A DNA stretch of 32,000 nt from Telmatocola sphagniphila (lineage in GTDB: Bacteria; Planctomycetota; Planctomycetia; Gemmatales; Gemmataceae), in NCBI RefSeq assembly GCF_018398935.1, contig NZ_CP074694.1:3420001-3452000 (forward strand), read 5' to 3'. Positions within the stretch are counted from its first letter, which is position 1, and every line of letters begins with the position of its first letter. Positions 1 through 10,091 of the stretch are shown one piece after another. The translations under genes were made by a program, and so were the position numbers. Below the pieces are notes generated by a model, which saw nothing but the letters and a program-made list of their open reading frames with translations, made no database searches and had not been told where the DNA came from.

Positions 1-2
1 AT

Positions 3-3000
3 ACGATTTCCCTCGGGGATACCATTGCTCCGACGGCATTTCGCATTCTCGGGGTGGCCCCCGGCGGTATGACCACCGGCGGCATCACTTTCGGCAATAC
101 CGGCAATTTCGGCTATACTCTCGGCACTGCGGGCACCAGCATCACACTCGACAACAACGGCTTGCCGGCAACCATCAGTGTGACGCGCGGTTCGATTGGC
201 GGTTCGACGATCACCAATAGCAATCTGATCGTGGTGACTGACCTGAATATTGTCAATAATGGTGCTGTCGGAGTTACGGCTCTGAGTCTGATTGGAAGTA
301 ATTCCAGTTTTATCGACCGAGCCACCTTCGGTGGTGTCGGGATCGGCACCATCACTTTTGATGGCCAGAGCAACACCTTACTTGACGGAGCCATCGGCGG
401 CAACATTGCCGGAGGCATTGTAAAGAATGGAACCGGGACGGTTAGTTTCACCGGGAATGCCTCCGGGAACGCTTTTAGCGGTGATATTACGATCAATAAT
501 GGCGTGCTGTCCATTTCGGGCGGCGATGGAACGCTGGGGAACTCCGCCAATAACATCATTTTTGGCACAAACTCCAGTGGTACTTTCCGTTTCGGAAGTT
601 CGGCCACGCTGAATGCCAATCGCTCGGTGATTCTGAATGGCAACGGAAACATCGATCTGGCAGCCGGTGCGACAGGCGTTCTGCTCGGACCAATCTCGGG
701 AGCGAATTCGCTTCTGGTGACCCAAACTGGCATCGGGAACTCGAGTACACTTCAGTTGCAAAATGCCAACCCGAACTTTACGGGCTCCGTTATTATCGGC
801 GGGGGCACATCCGTTATCGGCAGCCAAGTTTCGAATGCCGTTTTTGGAAGTACTCCCGGGGCTATTCTGGAGTTGGCGGGAACCAGCGGTTCCCTAGCGA
901 ACATCAGTGGCCTGACCTTGATGAACGGCGGCGGACTGACCATCACGCAACCGACAACGGGGACAGTAACGACGAGTCGACTTGCGACGGTACCTATCGT
1001 CTCTAATGGTGGTCGATTCCTCTACAACCCCGGTGCCAATAATGGCAACCAGATCGTAGATAATTTCGGCAGCCTTCAGCTGACCGGGTTAACGGTATTT
1101 ACTTCATCGATATTCACGGGCCCCGCCGCCGGTACCATCCTGAATTTTTCGAGCATTGATGCCGCAAATTATCGCGGTACCCTGCTTCTACAGGCGAATA
1201 CGGATCCTACCCAGGCCAGCTACGGATTTTTGGGCAATCCAAACGACTTGCCCAGTTCTACCAGCGTGAATATCAAATTTGGCAACGCAACGAACTACAT
1301 CATAAATGGTATCGTTCCCTTTGCGGCCTACACAGGAGCTCCTTCCGGAGCCAATAGCACATCGATTTTTAGTCCGGCCATTTATGGCAGTAATGGTTTA
1401 AGACCCCTCGCGGACAGCGATTGGACTAATGCATCTTATTCGTTCGCGGCCGCCAACCTTAGCGGCACGAAAAATTCGCAATGGACCGGTGGCACGGTGT
1501 ACGACGTGGGAGGAGTAAATTCTCTCTATGTACTCGGGAGTACCGTCTTTCAAAGCCCCGGAACTATTACTGTCACCAGCGGTTGGACCGGTTACAACTC
1601 GCCCACATATTTCTCCGGCTCTAACCTCTCTTTCGGCGGGGTGACCGGCTATTTCCATGTTTCGAATTCAGTCTACTTTACCAACACTTCCTCGCTCAGC
1701 GGCAGCGCAGGAATTGTCGTCAGTGGACTGGATACCGTTTACGGCTCACTGAATTTTTCGAACACGTCAAGCAACTCCTTCAGCGGCGGCCTATTCATCA
1801 ACGGCAACGCGTATGTGACCTTTACCAATGACCTGCAACTCGGTACCGTCAACGGCAATATCAACCTCGCGGGCGGAGCTCTAGTCTATGCCGGCTCCAA
1901 TTCGCAATCGCTCGGTAGTCTTCGAACGATCAATATCGGTCCCGCCGGGGGTAGCATTGGGAACTCAACGCCCAATACGACTTTCACAATCCCAGGTCTG
2001 ATTACAGGGTCCGGGCAACTGCAGATCGGAGGTCAAACCTCCGTCTCGAACGCCACAGTTTCGCTGACAAATACTAACGCCAACACGTACACCGGCGGAA
2101 CCCTCATTACCAATGGTATTCTCGAGATCACTAATTCGAATCAGCTCGGTTCCGGTGCCATCCTCCTCAATGGGGGAACTCTCCAGGCGGGTGCCAGCCT
2201 CTACTTCTCTGTTACTCCGAGCTTGATCGCCAGTTCTTCCATCGACACTCAGAGCAATACCATCACCCTCGGCGGCGGCTTGCAGGGTCTCGGCGATGGA
2301 TCGGTTCTGACCAAAATAGGGACAGGAAATTTAGTCTTTGCTGGAGATACAACTTACTCTTCCAGTTTGAATATTGGAAATGGAGCCGGTACTGTCACCA
2401 TCAGTGGCAATGGGAAAATGCCTGAATTGGGTGCAGTTACAATCGGCAATGATGCCGTTTTCAGCATCGATAACTCGGCGACGAATATTAGCAATCGAAC
2501 CGGCCGGGCAACGAGTATTACGTTGACGAATAACGGGAATAATACCGGATTTATGTCAGGGGGTGGCACCCTGAATATCACCACGAACAGCGCCACAGAT
2601 TCTTTCGTCTTCGGAGCCCTTTCAGCCACGGGAGGGACTTCCACCAATCCCAGCACAAATTTGATTAATATTTCGGATAGCGGAAGTGGAAATCACACCA
2701 TCACATTCAGCAGTTTGGTGCCAGTTGCGCAGTACAACACTTTGACCTTCCAGGGAACCAACAATTTTGGATCTACGACTATCGGAGGTACTCGAGTTTA
2801 TTTCACCGCAGCCCCCACTCTCGTCGGCGGCTTGATTCCTAACGCCTATTTTTCGACGACAAGCGGAATTACTTTCGCCACGTACGATTCGACACTGGGT
2901 ATCATCGCGTACAACACACCCTCACCTCAAACCGGTCTGTATATCGATAACGTTACGGACCGGGGCAATGGATTGACCGTTTACAACTCGATTTTCACCA

Positions 3001-6000
3001 CGGCTTCGCCATCGGGTGGCAACACAGTCACCACGGCCTATCTCGGGGCCAAGGTGAATAGCCTCATCCTATCGGGTTCCGACATCCTACTATCACCCGG
3101 TGCCAATTCTCCGCAGCAAGCAAACGGCTATACCGCTGCAGATACATTAGTTATTTCCTCCGGTATCTTGTCCACATCCGGCTCGATATCTCGCCAGATC
3201 ACGGCGGCTTCCGGCAATCCCATCTTAAGCTTCGGAAACCTGCTGGCATCCGTCAACACTTCCGCAGATTTGACAATCGGCTCGGGTGTAATTCTCTCCG
3301 GTAGCGGCGGACTCAATAAACAAGGGACCGCCAATCTCATCATCAATGGTACGAACAACCTCGGTGGCGATTACAACATCGCTCTGGGCGGCCTGATTTC
3401 CAACAGCAATGCCAATATTGGATCGTTAACCTCGGACTCTGGTACGAGCTTGATAATCGGTACGGGCACCAGCTTCACAATCGGGGGTCTCACCAACACC
3501 ACCGCTGAAGGGAACATTTCTGGCGGTGGTTCGCTGGTCAAAACCAGCACGAGTATACTCACACTCACGGGCACTAACAGTTATGCGGGTGGCACGACGA
3601 TCGAAAGCGGCGGCATCTCGGTCGATCAACTTACGAGATTGGGCACTGGTGCTCTGACACTTAATGGTGGCACGCTGTATTACACGGGTGCCTCCGCCAC
3701 GCTGACCACGAATTTCGCGGTCGGCATATCGGGCGGAACGCTAAACGTTTCAACTCCGATCACAACCCTGACTTTCAGTTCCACGCCGAATGCTACTGGA
3801 ACACTCACCAAAGATGGTGCGGGGACGTTGCAACTCGCCTCCGGTTCTCCCTGGACGACTACAACTTCATTGAACATCCAAGCTGGGACTTTTGATGTCA
3901 ATGGCAATGCGGTCACTGTGGGGAACCTGAGCGGTGCTGGCGGCAATTTAAACATCGGAAGTACTACATTTACAATCAACCAGTCGGCGATCTCAACTTC
4001 CACGACGGCGACGACGATTTCCGGTAACGGCAATCTGAACGTTACGAATGGAACTCTAAACCTGACTTCTCCGCAAACCATCCAGGCAACTATTTCCGGT
4101 TCCGCTTCACTGGCCTTCAATCCCACTTCCAATTCCACACTGACACTGTCTGGGAATAACACCTATTCCGGTGGGACGACCTTCGGGGTATATGGCGGAG
4201 CAGGCATCGGTGCCAGCAACGCATTGGGTACCGGAGCGGTAACTTTCACCAACAATACCAGCACTTCCTCCTCCACTCCCACGATTCAGTTTGGCCTCGG
4301 CATCGGCGGTTCTGCCACAATACCCAACACGATCAATCTCAGTACGACGCCGGCGATTCAAAATTTCATCGCTTCTGATGATACGAGTGGCTTCAACCAG
4401 ACTCTGACTCTCTCCGGCATCATTCATGGGGGTAGCGTTGGAATCGGTACTCAGTTAATCATCGATTCTTCCGGTTTGAATGAATCGAACGTGGTCCGTT
4501 TCACGAACCCCCTGAACGACTTTTCTGTCGATAGTCTGATTGTGCAGCACGGAACGCTCGCCATCACCTCCAACGGCAGCCTGGGAGCTTCCAGCAACAC
4601 TCTCATTCTGGCTTCGTCCGGAGTCAATGGCTCCCTTCGCTTCGACGCTGCCGGGATTAATCTCAATCGCTCTATCCTCCTCACCAGTTCCGGTGGGGGG
4701 GGAATAAATACGAACGGATACAACGGAACGATTTCAGGTAACTTATCCGGCTTATCGGATTTGCAGGTATTTGGTGGCGGCGTTCTGACATTCAATTCGA
4801 CTAATTCACTCTCGGGATCGATCTATCTGTCACCTGGAGCTTCCTCCTCAGGTGGAATTGTTCTCAACAATCAAGGCACCTTCCTTAATATCGGCAGCTT
4901 GAACATCGGAAACGGCAGCACCACACTGACGCCGAGTTTTACTCTCGATAATACCGGTTCGAGTTCGAACGCCCTGAATTCGCGCCTTGCTTCGGGAGCC
5001 AGTGTAAATCTCAGTAATGGCTTGCTGCAAGTACTCGGCAATAACGCTTCGACACCGCAGGCGATTTCAAATAGTTCCAGTGCCCTGGGCGCTTTGACCA
5101 TTGCCAGCGGAACGACGAACAACCAGGTTAACCTCGTCTCTTACGGAGCGGCCGTCGATCTCTATTTCAGCATTCTGTCGAGCATACCCACCGGGGCCGG
5201 ACTATTGTTTAGCGGTACTAATCTGGGCAGCGTTAGTACTTCCGGATCCGTCAGCCACATTTTCTTCTCGAATGCTCCGACACTCGTCAATGGGGCAATT
5301 CCCAACGCATATTTTGGAAGCTTTGGCGTTCAAGCCACTTACGATCCTGTGCGAGGTGTGATCGCTTTTACGCCTTCTACTGTTACTGGAATTTTGCTCG
5401 ACAACGTGGGAACCGATACGACCACCAGTCCCAGTTCCATCGGGAACCCAATCACACCCAACACCGCCACTTTCATCACCTCTGGAGCGGCCATTGCAAA
5501 ATTGGGGGCAACTGTCGGCGGCCTCACCCTGTCAGGAGGTTCGATCACACTCAAACCGAATATTTACCCGACCGGAACATCGGGAATCGGGTTGGCAACT
5601 GGCGCCGACCTGGTCATCAACGGCATACTCCAATCGACCACGAGCGCGCAAAGCATCTCCGCAACCGCGGCCAGCAACCTCGTCTTAGGGACCGGTTCGA
5701 CGGTTGTGACCACCACCGATCTCACTATTCTTGGTTCGAACGTGACTATCGCTGGGACCGGTGGACTGAACAAATACGGCAGCGCCAATCTTATCATCAA
5801 CGGCGGCACTCATACTATTCTGGGTGGATTGACGATTAACGCTGGCACGGTCACATATCAAAATGGAGCCAGTTTACCTGCGAGTAATAGCTTGACCGTC
5901 GCATCCGGTGCGTCCTTCTCGATGAACGATGTCAGTACCACTTTCTCCGGTTTGTTCGGTAATGGCTCGGTTTCCACCGGTTCGCTGACTAGCAGTGTGC

Positions 6001-7865
6001 TGACAATCGACACTTCCACGGCAGTTACTACTCCGCAATTCTTCGGCTCTTTAACAGGTTCTGGAAGCCTTACCAAACAGGGAACTGGCGTTCAAATCCT
6101 TTCAGGAAATTCGTCGAGTTTCTCGGGGAACGTTTCGATTCTGAATGGTTTCTTGCAGATTTCTGCAGACAATAACCTCGGGGCTTCCACCGGAATACTC
6201 ACCTTAAACGGTGGGGGCATCCAATATGGAACCGCTTTCTCCTTTGCTAATAACCGATCCATTCAATTGGGCACCAACGGCGGCTATTTCGATTCGAATG
6301 GGCTAACCGTTTCATTGAATGTCGGTACTACGGGCTCGGGCGATCTCATCAAAACGGGCTTGGGTATTCTCAATATCTCCGCGAACCAGTCTTATACCGG
6401 CAACCTGCAAGTCATCCAGGGAACGGTCGCCCTAACTTCCAGCAACCAACTTCCGACAGGTTCGGGTGTTGTGGTGGGTAATGAGGCCGGTGGAACGGGC
6501 GCAACGCTAGATATTGGCGGCAATTCCCAGTTGATCAAAAATCTTACTCTCTATGCTCCCGCGGGCGGCAGCAACACCGCAATTAATATTGGCGCCGGTG
6601 GCTCGCTTCATCTGAATGGCGATATCAACCTACTCGACAACACAGCCTCTCCCGGTTTTGGCAGCTCTACCATCATTGCCGGAGCAAGTAATGCCACGCT
6701 CGACCTGAACAACAGTATTAGAAACATCAATGTGGCCGGTCAGGCCGCAGGGAGCAGTGGAGACCTCCAAATCAATTCCGTTATTACCGATGGAGGGATC
6801 AATTTTACAGGGGCACTTTCCACCGGTTCTGGCCTGCCCGGATCCTTGACTCTCGGAGCTACCTCGGTCAACACTTACAGTGGAGGAACCTTCGTCAATG
6901 GCGGCGTTTTGAATGTGGCAGCCACCACAAATTTGGGAAATGGCGGTTTGACTCTCTCTACGACGAATATCGATTCCACCGTCAATCTGAATGGTAGCAT
7001 GACGATCGCAAGCCTGGCATCGGGCACCTTGACGCCCGGATATAACGCCACAGTGAATATCGCTACGGGTACGACTTTAACGGTCAATCAATCGATCAAT
7101 ACGACCTATGGTGGCGTCATTGCGGGCGGCGGATTTACTAAATCGGGTTCCGGAACTCTCGTACTGCTTGGTACCAATACCTACACGGGAACCACCACCG
7201 TTACTGGAGGAACTCTGGCCGTTGGCAACTTGACCGGCGGATCGCTCGCCGCCGGTTCTTCCGTAATAGTTAACGGATCGGGAACTCTCGGTGGCCTTGG
7301 GGTGGTGAATGGTAACATTGACATTCAAAGTGGTGGAACTGTTGCACCGGGGCTGAGCACGATCAACAACGGTATCGGAACTCTGCATACGGGTAGTCAA
7401 ACCTGGTATGGCGGAGGCACGTTCAGCTTAATCTACGATAACACGGCCGCTACACCTGTACCGGGCACCACCCACAACCAACTCGTTGGATTGTCGGGTG
7501 GTTCCTTAACTCTGAATGGTTTAACGGGTACCAATCTTTTCAATCTGCAGATCACCGCGACGAAACCGAACACATCGGCGGGTATCAATACGCCGCTGAC
7601 CTACACCTTCGCGACCTTTGATACGATAAGTGGCTCGGGGCTTGGTATGGCCTCGCAAGACGTGACTTCGCTGTTTAATATCACCGGAAATTATCTGGGA
7701 AATGCGACGGTATCTTTCAATTACACCTCGGGTGGGCCCGATACCTTGTCTGTCACTTTCGTGCCTGTACCCGAACCCGCCAGCCTGCTGGTTATCGGAG
7801 GTGCGGGTATCGGACTATTAAGCTGGGTTCGTCGAAATCGAAGGAAAAATTCGGCGACAGTGTAA
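3..7865 (+). CDS. Giant cell-surface protein with autotransporter-associated beta-strand (PATR) repeats and a C-terminal PEP-CTERM sorting signal; 5' end probably runs off the window
   Basis: Uninterrupted ORF of 2603 aa from GTG at 54. The same frame has no stop back to base 3, so the true N-terminus is probably upstream. Composition is G/T/S/N-rich with many PATR-like units (e.g. KSGSGTLVLLGTNTYTGTTTVTGGTLAVGN). The C-terminus VPEPASLLVIGGAGIGLLSWVRRNRRK is a PEP motif, a TM helix and an Arg-rich tail. Confidence 0.85.
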   Translation, partial: TISLGDTIAPTAFRILGVAPGGMTTGGITFGNTGNFGYTLGTAGTSITLDNNGLPATISVTRGSIGGSTITNSNLIVVTDLNIVNNGAVGVTALSLIGSNSSFIDRATFGGVGIGTITFDGQSNTLLDGAIGGNIAGGIVKNGTGTVSFTGNASGNAFSGDITINNGVLSISGGDGTLGNSANNIIFGTNSSGTFRFGSSATLNANRSVILNGNGNIDLAAGATGVLLGPISGANSLLVTQTGIGNSSTLQLQNANPNFTGSVIIGGGTSVIGSQVSNAVFGSTPGAILELAGTSGSLANISGLTLMNGGGLTITQPTTGTVTTSRLATVPIVSNGGRFLYNPGANNGNQIVDNFGSLQLTGLTVFTSSIFTGPAAGTILNFSSIDAANYRGTLLLQANTDPTQASYGFLGNPNDLPSSTSVNIKFGNATNYIINGIVPFAAYTGAPSGANSTSIFSPAIYGSNGLRPLADSDWTNASYSFAAANLSGTKNSQWTGGTVYDVGGVNSLYVLGSTVFQSPGTITVTSGWTGYNSPTYFSGSNLSFGGVTGYFHVSNSVYFTNTSSLSGSAGIVVSGLDTVYGSLNFSNTSSNSFSGGLFINGNAYVTFTNDLQLGTVNGNINLAGGALVYAGSNSQSLGSLRTINIGPAGGSIGNSTPNTTFTIPGLITGSGQLQIGGQTSVSNATVSLTNTNANTYTGGTLITNGILEITNSNQLGSGAILLNGGTLQAGASLYFSVTPSLIASSSIDTQSNTITLGGGLQGLGDGSVLTKIGTGNLVFAGDTTYSSSLNIGNGAGTVTISGNGKMPELGAVTIGNDAVFSIDNSATNISNRTGRATSITLTNNGNNTGFMSGGGTLNITTNSATDSFVFGALSATGGTSTNPSTNLINISDSGSGNHTITFSSLVPVAQYNTLTFQGTNNFGSTTIGGTRVYFTAAPTLVGGLIPNAYFSTTSGITFATYDSTLGIIAYNTPSPQTGLYIDNVTDRGNGLTVYNSIFTTASPSGGNTVTTAYLGAKVNSLILSGSDILLSPGANSPQQANGYTAADTLVISSGILSTSGSISRQITAASGNPILSFGNLLASVNTSADLTIGSGVILSGSGGLNKQGTANLIINGTNNLGGDYNIALGGLISNSNANIGSLTSDSGTSLIIGTGTSFTIGGLTNTTAEGNISGGGSLVKTSTSILTLTGTNSYAGGTTIESGGISVDQLTRLGTGALTLNGGTLYYTGASATLTTNFAVGISGGTLNVSTPITTLTFSSTPNATGTLTKDGAGTLQLASGSPWTTTTSLNIQAGTFDVNGNAVTVGNLSGAGGNLNIGSTTFTINQSAISTSTTATTISGNGNLNVTNGTLNLTSPQTIQATISGSASLAFNPTSNSTLTLSGNNTYSGGTTFGVYGGAGIGASNALGTGAVTFTNNTSTSSSTPTIQFGLGIGGSATIPNTINLSTTPAIQNFIASDDTSGFNQTLTLSGIIHGGSVGIGTQLIIDSSGLNESNVVRFTNPLNDFSVDSLIVQHGTLAITSNGSLGASSNTLILASSGVNGSLRFDAAGINLNRSILLTSSGGGGINTNGYNGTISGNLSGLSDLQVFGGGVLTFNSTNSLSGSIYLSPGASSSGGIVLNNQGTFLNIGSLNIGNGSTTLTPSFTLDNTGSSSNALNSRLASGASVNLSNGLLQVLGNNASTPQAISNSSSALGALTIASGTTNNQVNLVSYGAAVDLYFSILSSIPTGAGLLFSGTNLGSVSTSGSVSHIFFSNAPTLVNGAIPNAYFGSFGVQATYDPVRGVIAFTPSTVTGILLDNVGTDTTTSPSSIGNPITPNTATFITSGAAIAKLGATVGGLTLSGGSITLKPNIYPTGTSGIGLATGADLVINGILQSTTSAQSISATAASNLVLGTGSTVVTTTDLTILGSNVTIAGTGGLNKYGSANLIINGGTHTILGGLTINAGTVTYQNGASLPASNSLTVASGASFSMNDVSTTFSGLFGNGSVSTGSLTSSVLTIDTSTAVTTPQFFGSLTGSGSLTKQGTGVQILSGNSSSFSGNVSILNGFLQISADNNLGASTGILTLNGGGIQYGTAFSFANNRSIQLGTNGGYFDSNGLTVSLNVGTTGSGDLIKTGLGILNISANQSYTGNLQVIQGTVALTSSNQLPTGSGVVVGNEAGGTGATLDIGGNSQLIKNLTLYAPAGGSNTAINIGAGGSLHLNGDINLLDNTASPGFGSSTIIAGASNATLDLNNSIRNINVAGQAAGSSGDLQINSVITDGGINFTGALSTGSGLPGSLTLGATSVNTYSGGTFVNGGVLNVAATTNLGNGGLTLSTTNIDSTVNLNGSMTIASLASGTLTPGYNATVNIATGTTLTVNQSINTTYGGVIAGGGFTKSGSGTLVLLGTNTYTGTTTVTGGTLAVGNLTGGSLAAGSSVIVNGSGTLGGLGVVNGNIDIQSGGTVAPGLSTINNGIGTLHTGSQTWYGGGTFSLIYDNTAATPVPGTTHNQLVGLSGGSLTLNGLTGTNLFNLQITATKPNTSAGINTPLTYTFATFDTISGSGLGMASQDVTSLFNITGNYLGNATVSFNYTSGGPDTLSVTFVPVPEPASLLVIGGAGIGLLSWVRRNRRKNSATV

Positions 7866-7872
7866 AAACTGT

Positions 7873-8589
7873 TTATCCGATCAGATTTTTTTGCATCTCG
7901 GTGATCTGTCGGATACCCAGTTCGCCGAGTTCGATAAGTTCGTTTAACTGAGTTCGGGAGAAAGTGGCTTCCTCGCCGGCCCCCTGAACTTCGATGAATT
8001 TGCCCGTCCCAGTCATCACCAGATTCATATCGACCTCGGCATCCCGATCCTCAACGTATTCCAGATCGAGCCGAGCCTCTCCTTCGACTAGCCCGACACT
8101 GACGGCCGCCACACTGTCGGTCACGATCCGCTGCCAGGAGCCTATTTCAGCCTCTTTTTTCTTCAGAGCCAGTACCAAAGCTACAAAGGCTCCGTTGATG
8201 GCGGCTGTCCGCGTTCCTCCATCTGCTTCCAGGACGTCGCAATCGATCCAAAGGGTCCGCTCACCCAATTGGGAGAGATCGACGACGGCTCGCAGACTGC
8301 GGCCTATCAGCCGTTGAATTTCCACGCTGCGACCATCGACTTTTCCGGCTTTATCGCGAGCTTTTCGACTATTTGTGGAGCCGGGAAGCATTCCGTATTC
8401 CGCGGTCAACCAGCCTTGCCCCTTACCCTCCAGAAATTCAGGAACTTTTGTATCGATGCAGCAAGTGCATAGAACTATGGTCATGCCCGAACGAACCAGC
8501 ACGCTTCCAGGGGCTTGTCGTGTAAATCCAGGTTCGAAGGAGAGTGGTCGGAGCTGATTAAGATTCCGGTTTCCAGGTCGCATGCTCAA
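7873..8589 (-). CDS. rph: Ribonuclease PH
   Basis: The 238-aa translation is collinear with RNase PH: RPLSFEPGFTRQAPGSVLVRSG, WLTAEYGMLPGST, GRSVEIQRLIGRSLRAVVDL, IDCDVLEADGGTRTAAINGAFVAL. The start could be ATG 8589 or ATG 8583. Confidence 0.95.
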   Translation of the reverse strand: MSMRPGNRNLNQLRPLSFEPGFTRQAPGSVLVRSGMTIVLCTCCIDTKVPEFLEGKGQGWLTAEYGMLPGSTNSRKARDKAGKVDGRSVEIQRLIGRSLRAVVDLSQLGERTLWIDCDVLEADGGTRTAAINGAFVALVLALKKKEAEIGSWQRIVTDSVAAVSVGLVEGEARLDLEYVEDRDAEVDMNLVMTGTGKFIEVQGAGEEATFSRTQLNELIELGELGIRQITEMQKNLIG

Positions 8590-8606
8590 AATATCCAGAT
8601 TTGGAA

Positions 8607-8623
8607 CGGGGCGAGCCGCCCCG
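8607..8623 (-). terminator. GC-rich hairpin (7-bp stem CGGGGCG/CGCCCCG, 3-nt loop) between the small basic ORF and rph; possible terminator or attenuator
   Basis: A perfect inverted repeat is read directly. On the minus strand it is followed by TTCCAAATCTGG, which is only a weak U-tract. Confidence 0.3.
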
Positions 8624-8643
8624 AACTTAGGCGGAAATGGGAA

Positions 8644-8760
8644 TTACTTCTTGGCCTTGGCGGCTGCTTCAGTCTTGGTAGCCTTTTCGAACAAGCGTTT
8701 TTCCGTTTTCTTACGACGCTTTTCCTTCAGTTTCTTTTTATCGCCCGCCGGATTACCCAT
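8644..8760 (-). CDS. Small lysine-rich basic protein (38 aa), not in the supplied ORF track
   Basis: Runs from ATG at 8760 to TAA at 8644 and translates to MGNPAGDKKKLKEKRRKKTEKRLFEKATKTEAAAKAKK. GGAG lies 7 nt upstream of the ATG. It sits in an otherwise empty 218-bp gap upstream of rph and is followed by the GC hairpin at 8607-8623. Confidence 0.45.
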   Translation of the reverse strand: MGNPAGDKKKLKEKRRKKTEKRLFEKATKTEAAAKAKK

Positions 8761-8807
8761 TTGCAATCTCCTTTTACTTGAAAGACTCTATTTCGTACAG
8801 TGTATGA

Positions 8808-10091
8808 ATGCGCAGCGAAGCCTCAAGCATACCGAATAATTCCGGGGGATTCCCAGTGCCGTTCGATTTGAAACCTTTCCGAGACATGCTCGGCGAAATT
8901 CTCCCGCGCAACCGTTTCTATCAAAAAAAATATGCCGGATTGCAAATCGATCCCGATTCCTTCCAACATTTATCTGATCTGACGAGCCTCCCGTTCACGT
9001 TGAAATCCGATTTGATTGCCGATCAACATAACTATGCTCCCTATGGTCAGATCCTGACCTATCCGCTGGAAGATTACTGCCGGTTGCACCAGACATCGGG
9101 TACCAGTTCCGGCCGGCCGCTGCGCTGGCTGGATACGCCGGCCAGTTGGAAGGGTCTCCTGAACTGCTGGACCGACAGTTTCCCGATTATGGGCCTCAGT
9201 TCTCAGGACAAATTTTTCTTTCCATTTTCCTTTGGTCCCTTCCTGGGATTCTGGACTGCGTTTGAAGCCGCGAGCGGTGCCGGTTATCTCTGTCTGCCCG
9301 GCGGCGGAATGACCAGCACGGCTCGGCTGCGTTTTTTGCTGGAACACGAGGCAACCGTGATCTGTTGCACGCCCACCTACGCTCTTCATCTGGCCGAACT
9401 GGCCGACCGCGAGAAAATCGATCTGGCTGCTTCGGCCGTGCGAATGCTGATTGTCGCAGGAGAGCCCGGGGGATGCATACCAGCTACCCGTGAACGAATT
9501 GAAAAAGTCTGGGGAGCTCGCGTATTCGATCATTACGGCATGACCGAAGTGGGACCGGTGGCCGTCGAGATGGTCGAACTTCCCCGGAGCTTAATGCTGC
9601 TTCAGAATCACTATCTGGCGGAGGTGATTGATCCCCAATCCGATCTGCCAGTTCGGGAGGGAGATGTAGGCGAATTGGTTCTGACGAACCTGCGGAGGTG
9701 GGGTTGTCCACTCATTCGCTACAGGACCGGCGATCTGGTTCGATTGAAGCCCTATCAGAACCGGATCTGTTTTGAGGGCGGAATTCTGGGTCGGACAGAC
9801 GACATGATTTACATTCGGGGCAACAATCTTTACCCGGCTTCGATCGAGGCCGTCGTTCGACGTTTTGCGGAAGTTATCGAATTTCGAATTGTGGTGGATC
9901 ACACGGGACCGCTGGCGGATCTGAGTGTGGAGATCGAACCAACACCGTTTGCGGATTCCACGAACTTGGCCGAACTTGTCGCCCGCGCGATTCGGGATGA
10001 GTTGCTGTTTCGGGTCGATGTCAAGTGCGTAGCGACTGGAGTACTCCCGCGATTTGAAATGAAAGCCCGCCGCGTGGTGCACATTCGTTAG
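8808..10091 (+). CDS. Adenylate-forming enzyme of the phenylacetate-CoA ligase family (PaaK/CapK/coenzyme F390 synthetase-like)
   Basis: 427 aa with an AMP-binding P-loop-like HQTSGTSSGRPLRW, then TPTYALHLAE, AGEPGG, YGMTEVGPVA and YRTGDLVRL, with a family-typical length. The start is uncertain; the ORF begins at 8808 and the conserved N-terminal region begins around FRDMLGEILPRNRFYQKKY. Confidence 0.8.
   Translation: MRSEASSIPNNSGGFPVPFDLKPFRDMLGEILPRNRFYQKKYAGLQIDPDSFQHLSDLTSLPFTLKSDLIADQHNYAPYGQILTYPLEDYCRLHQTSGTSSGRPLRWLDTPASWKGLLNCWTDSFPIMGLSSQDKFFFPFSFGPFLGFWTAFEAASGAGYLCLPGGGMTSTARLRFLLEHEATVICCTPTYALHLAELADREKIDLAASAVRMLIVAGEPGGCIPATRERIEKVWGARVFDHYGMTEVGPVAVEMVELPRSLMLLQNHYLAEVIDPQSDLPVREGDVGELVLTNLRRWGCPLIRYRTGDLVRLKPYQNRICFEGGILGRTDDMIYIRGNNLYPASIEAVVRRFAEVIEFRIVVDHTGPLADLSVEIEPTPFADSTNLAELVARAIRDELLFRVDVKCVATGVLPRFEMKARRVVHIR

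Noticed and set aside
113-7400. Many 60-200 aa ORFs on the minus strand and in alternative plus frames inside the giant gene (e.g. 113-733, 378-827, 3680-4162, 4451-4795)
   Set aside because: They lie wholly within a single long, compositionally coherent ORF. Their translations are low-complexity P/V/R-rich mirror images, as expected from the repetitive GGN/ACN/AGC codon usage. They have no independent start or RBS context.
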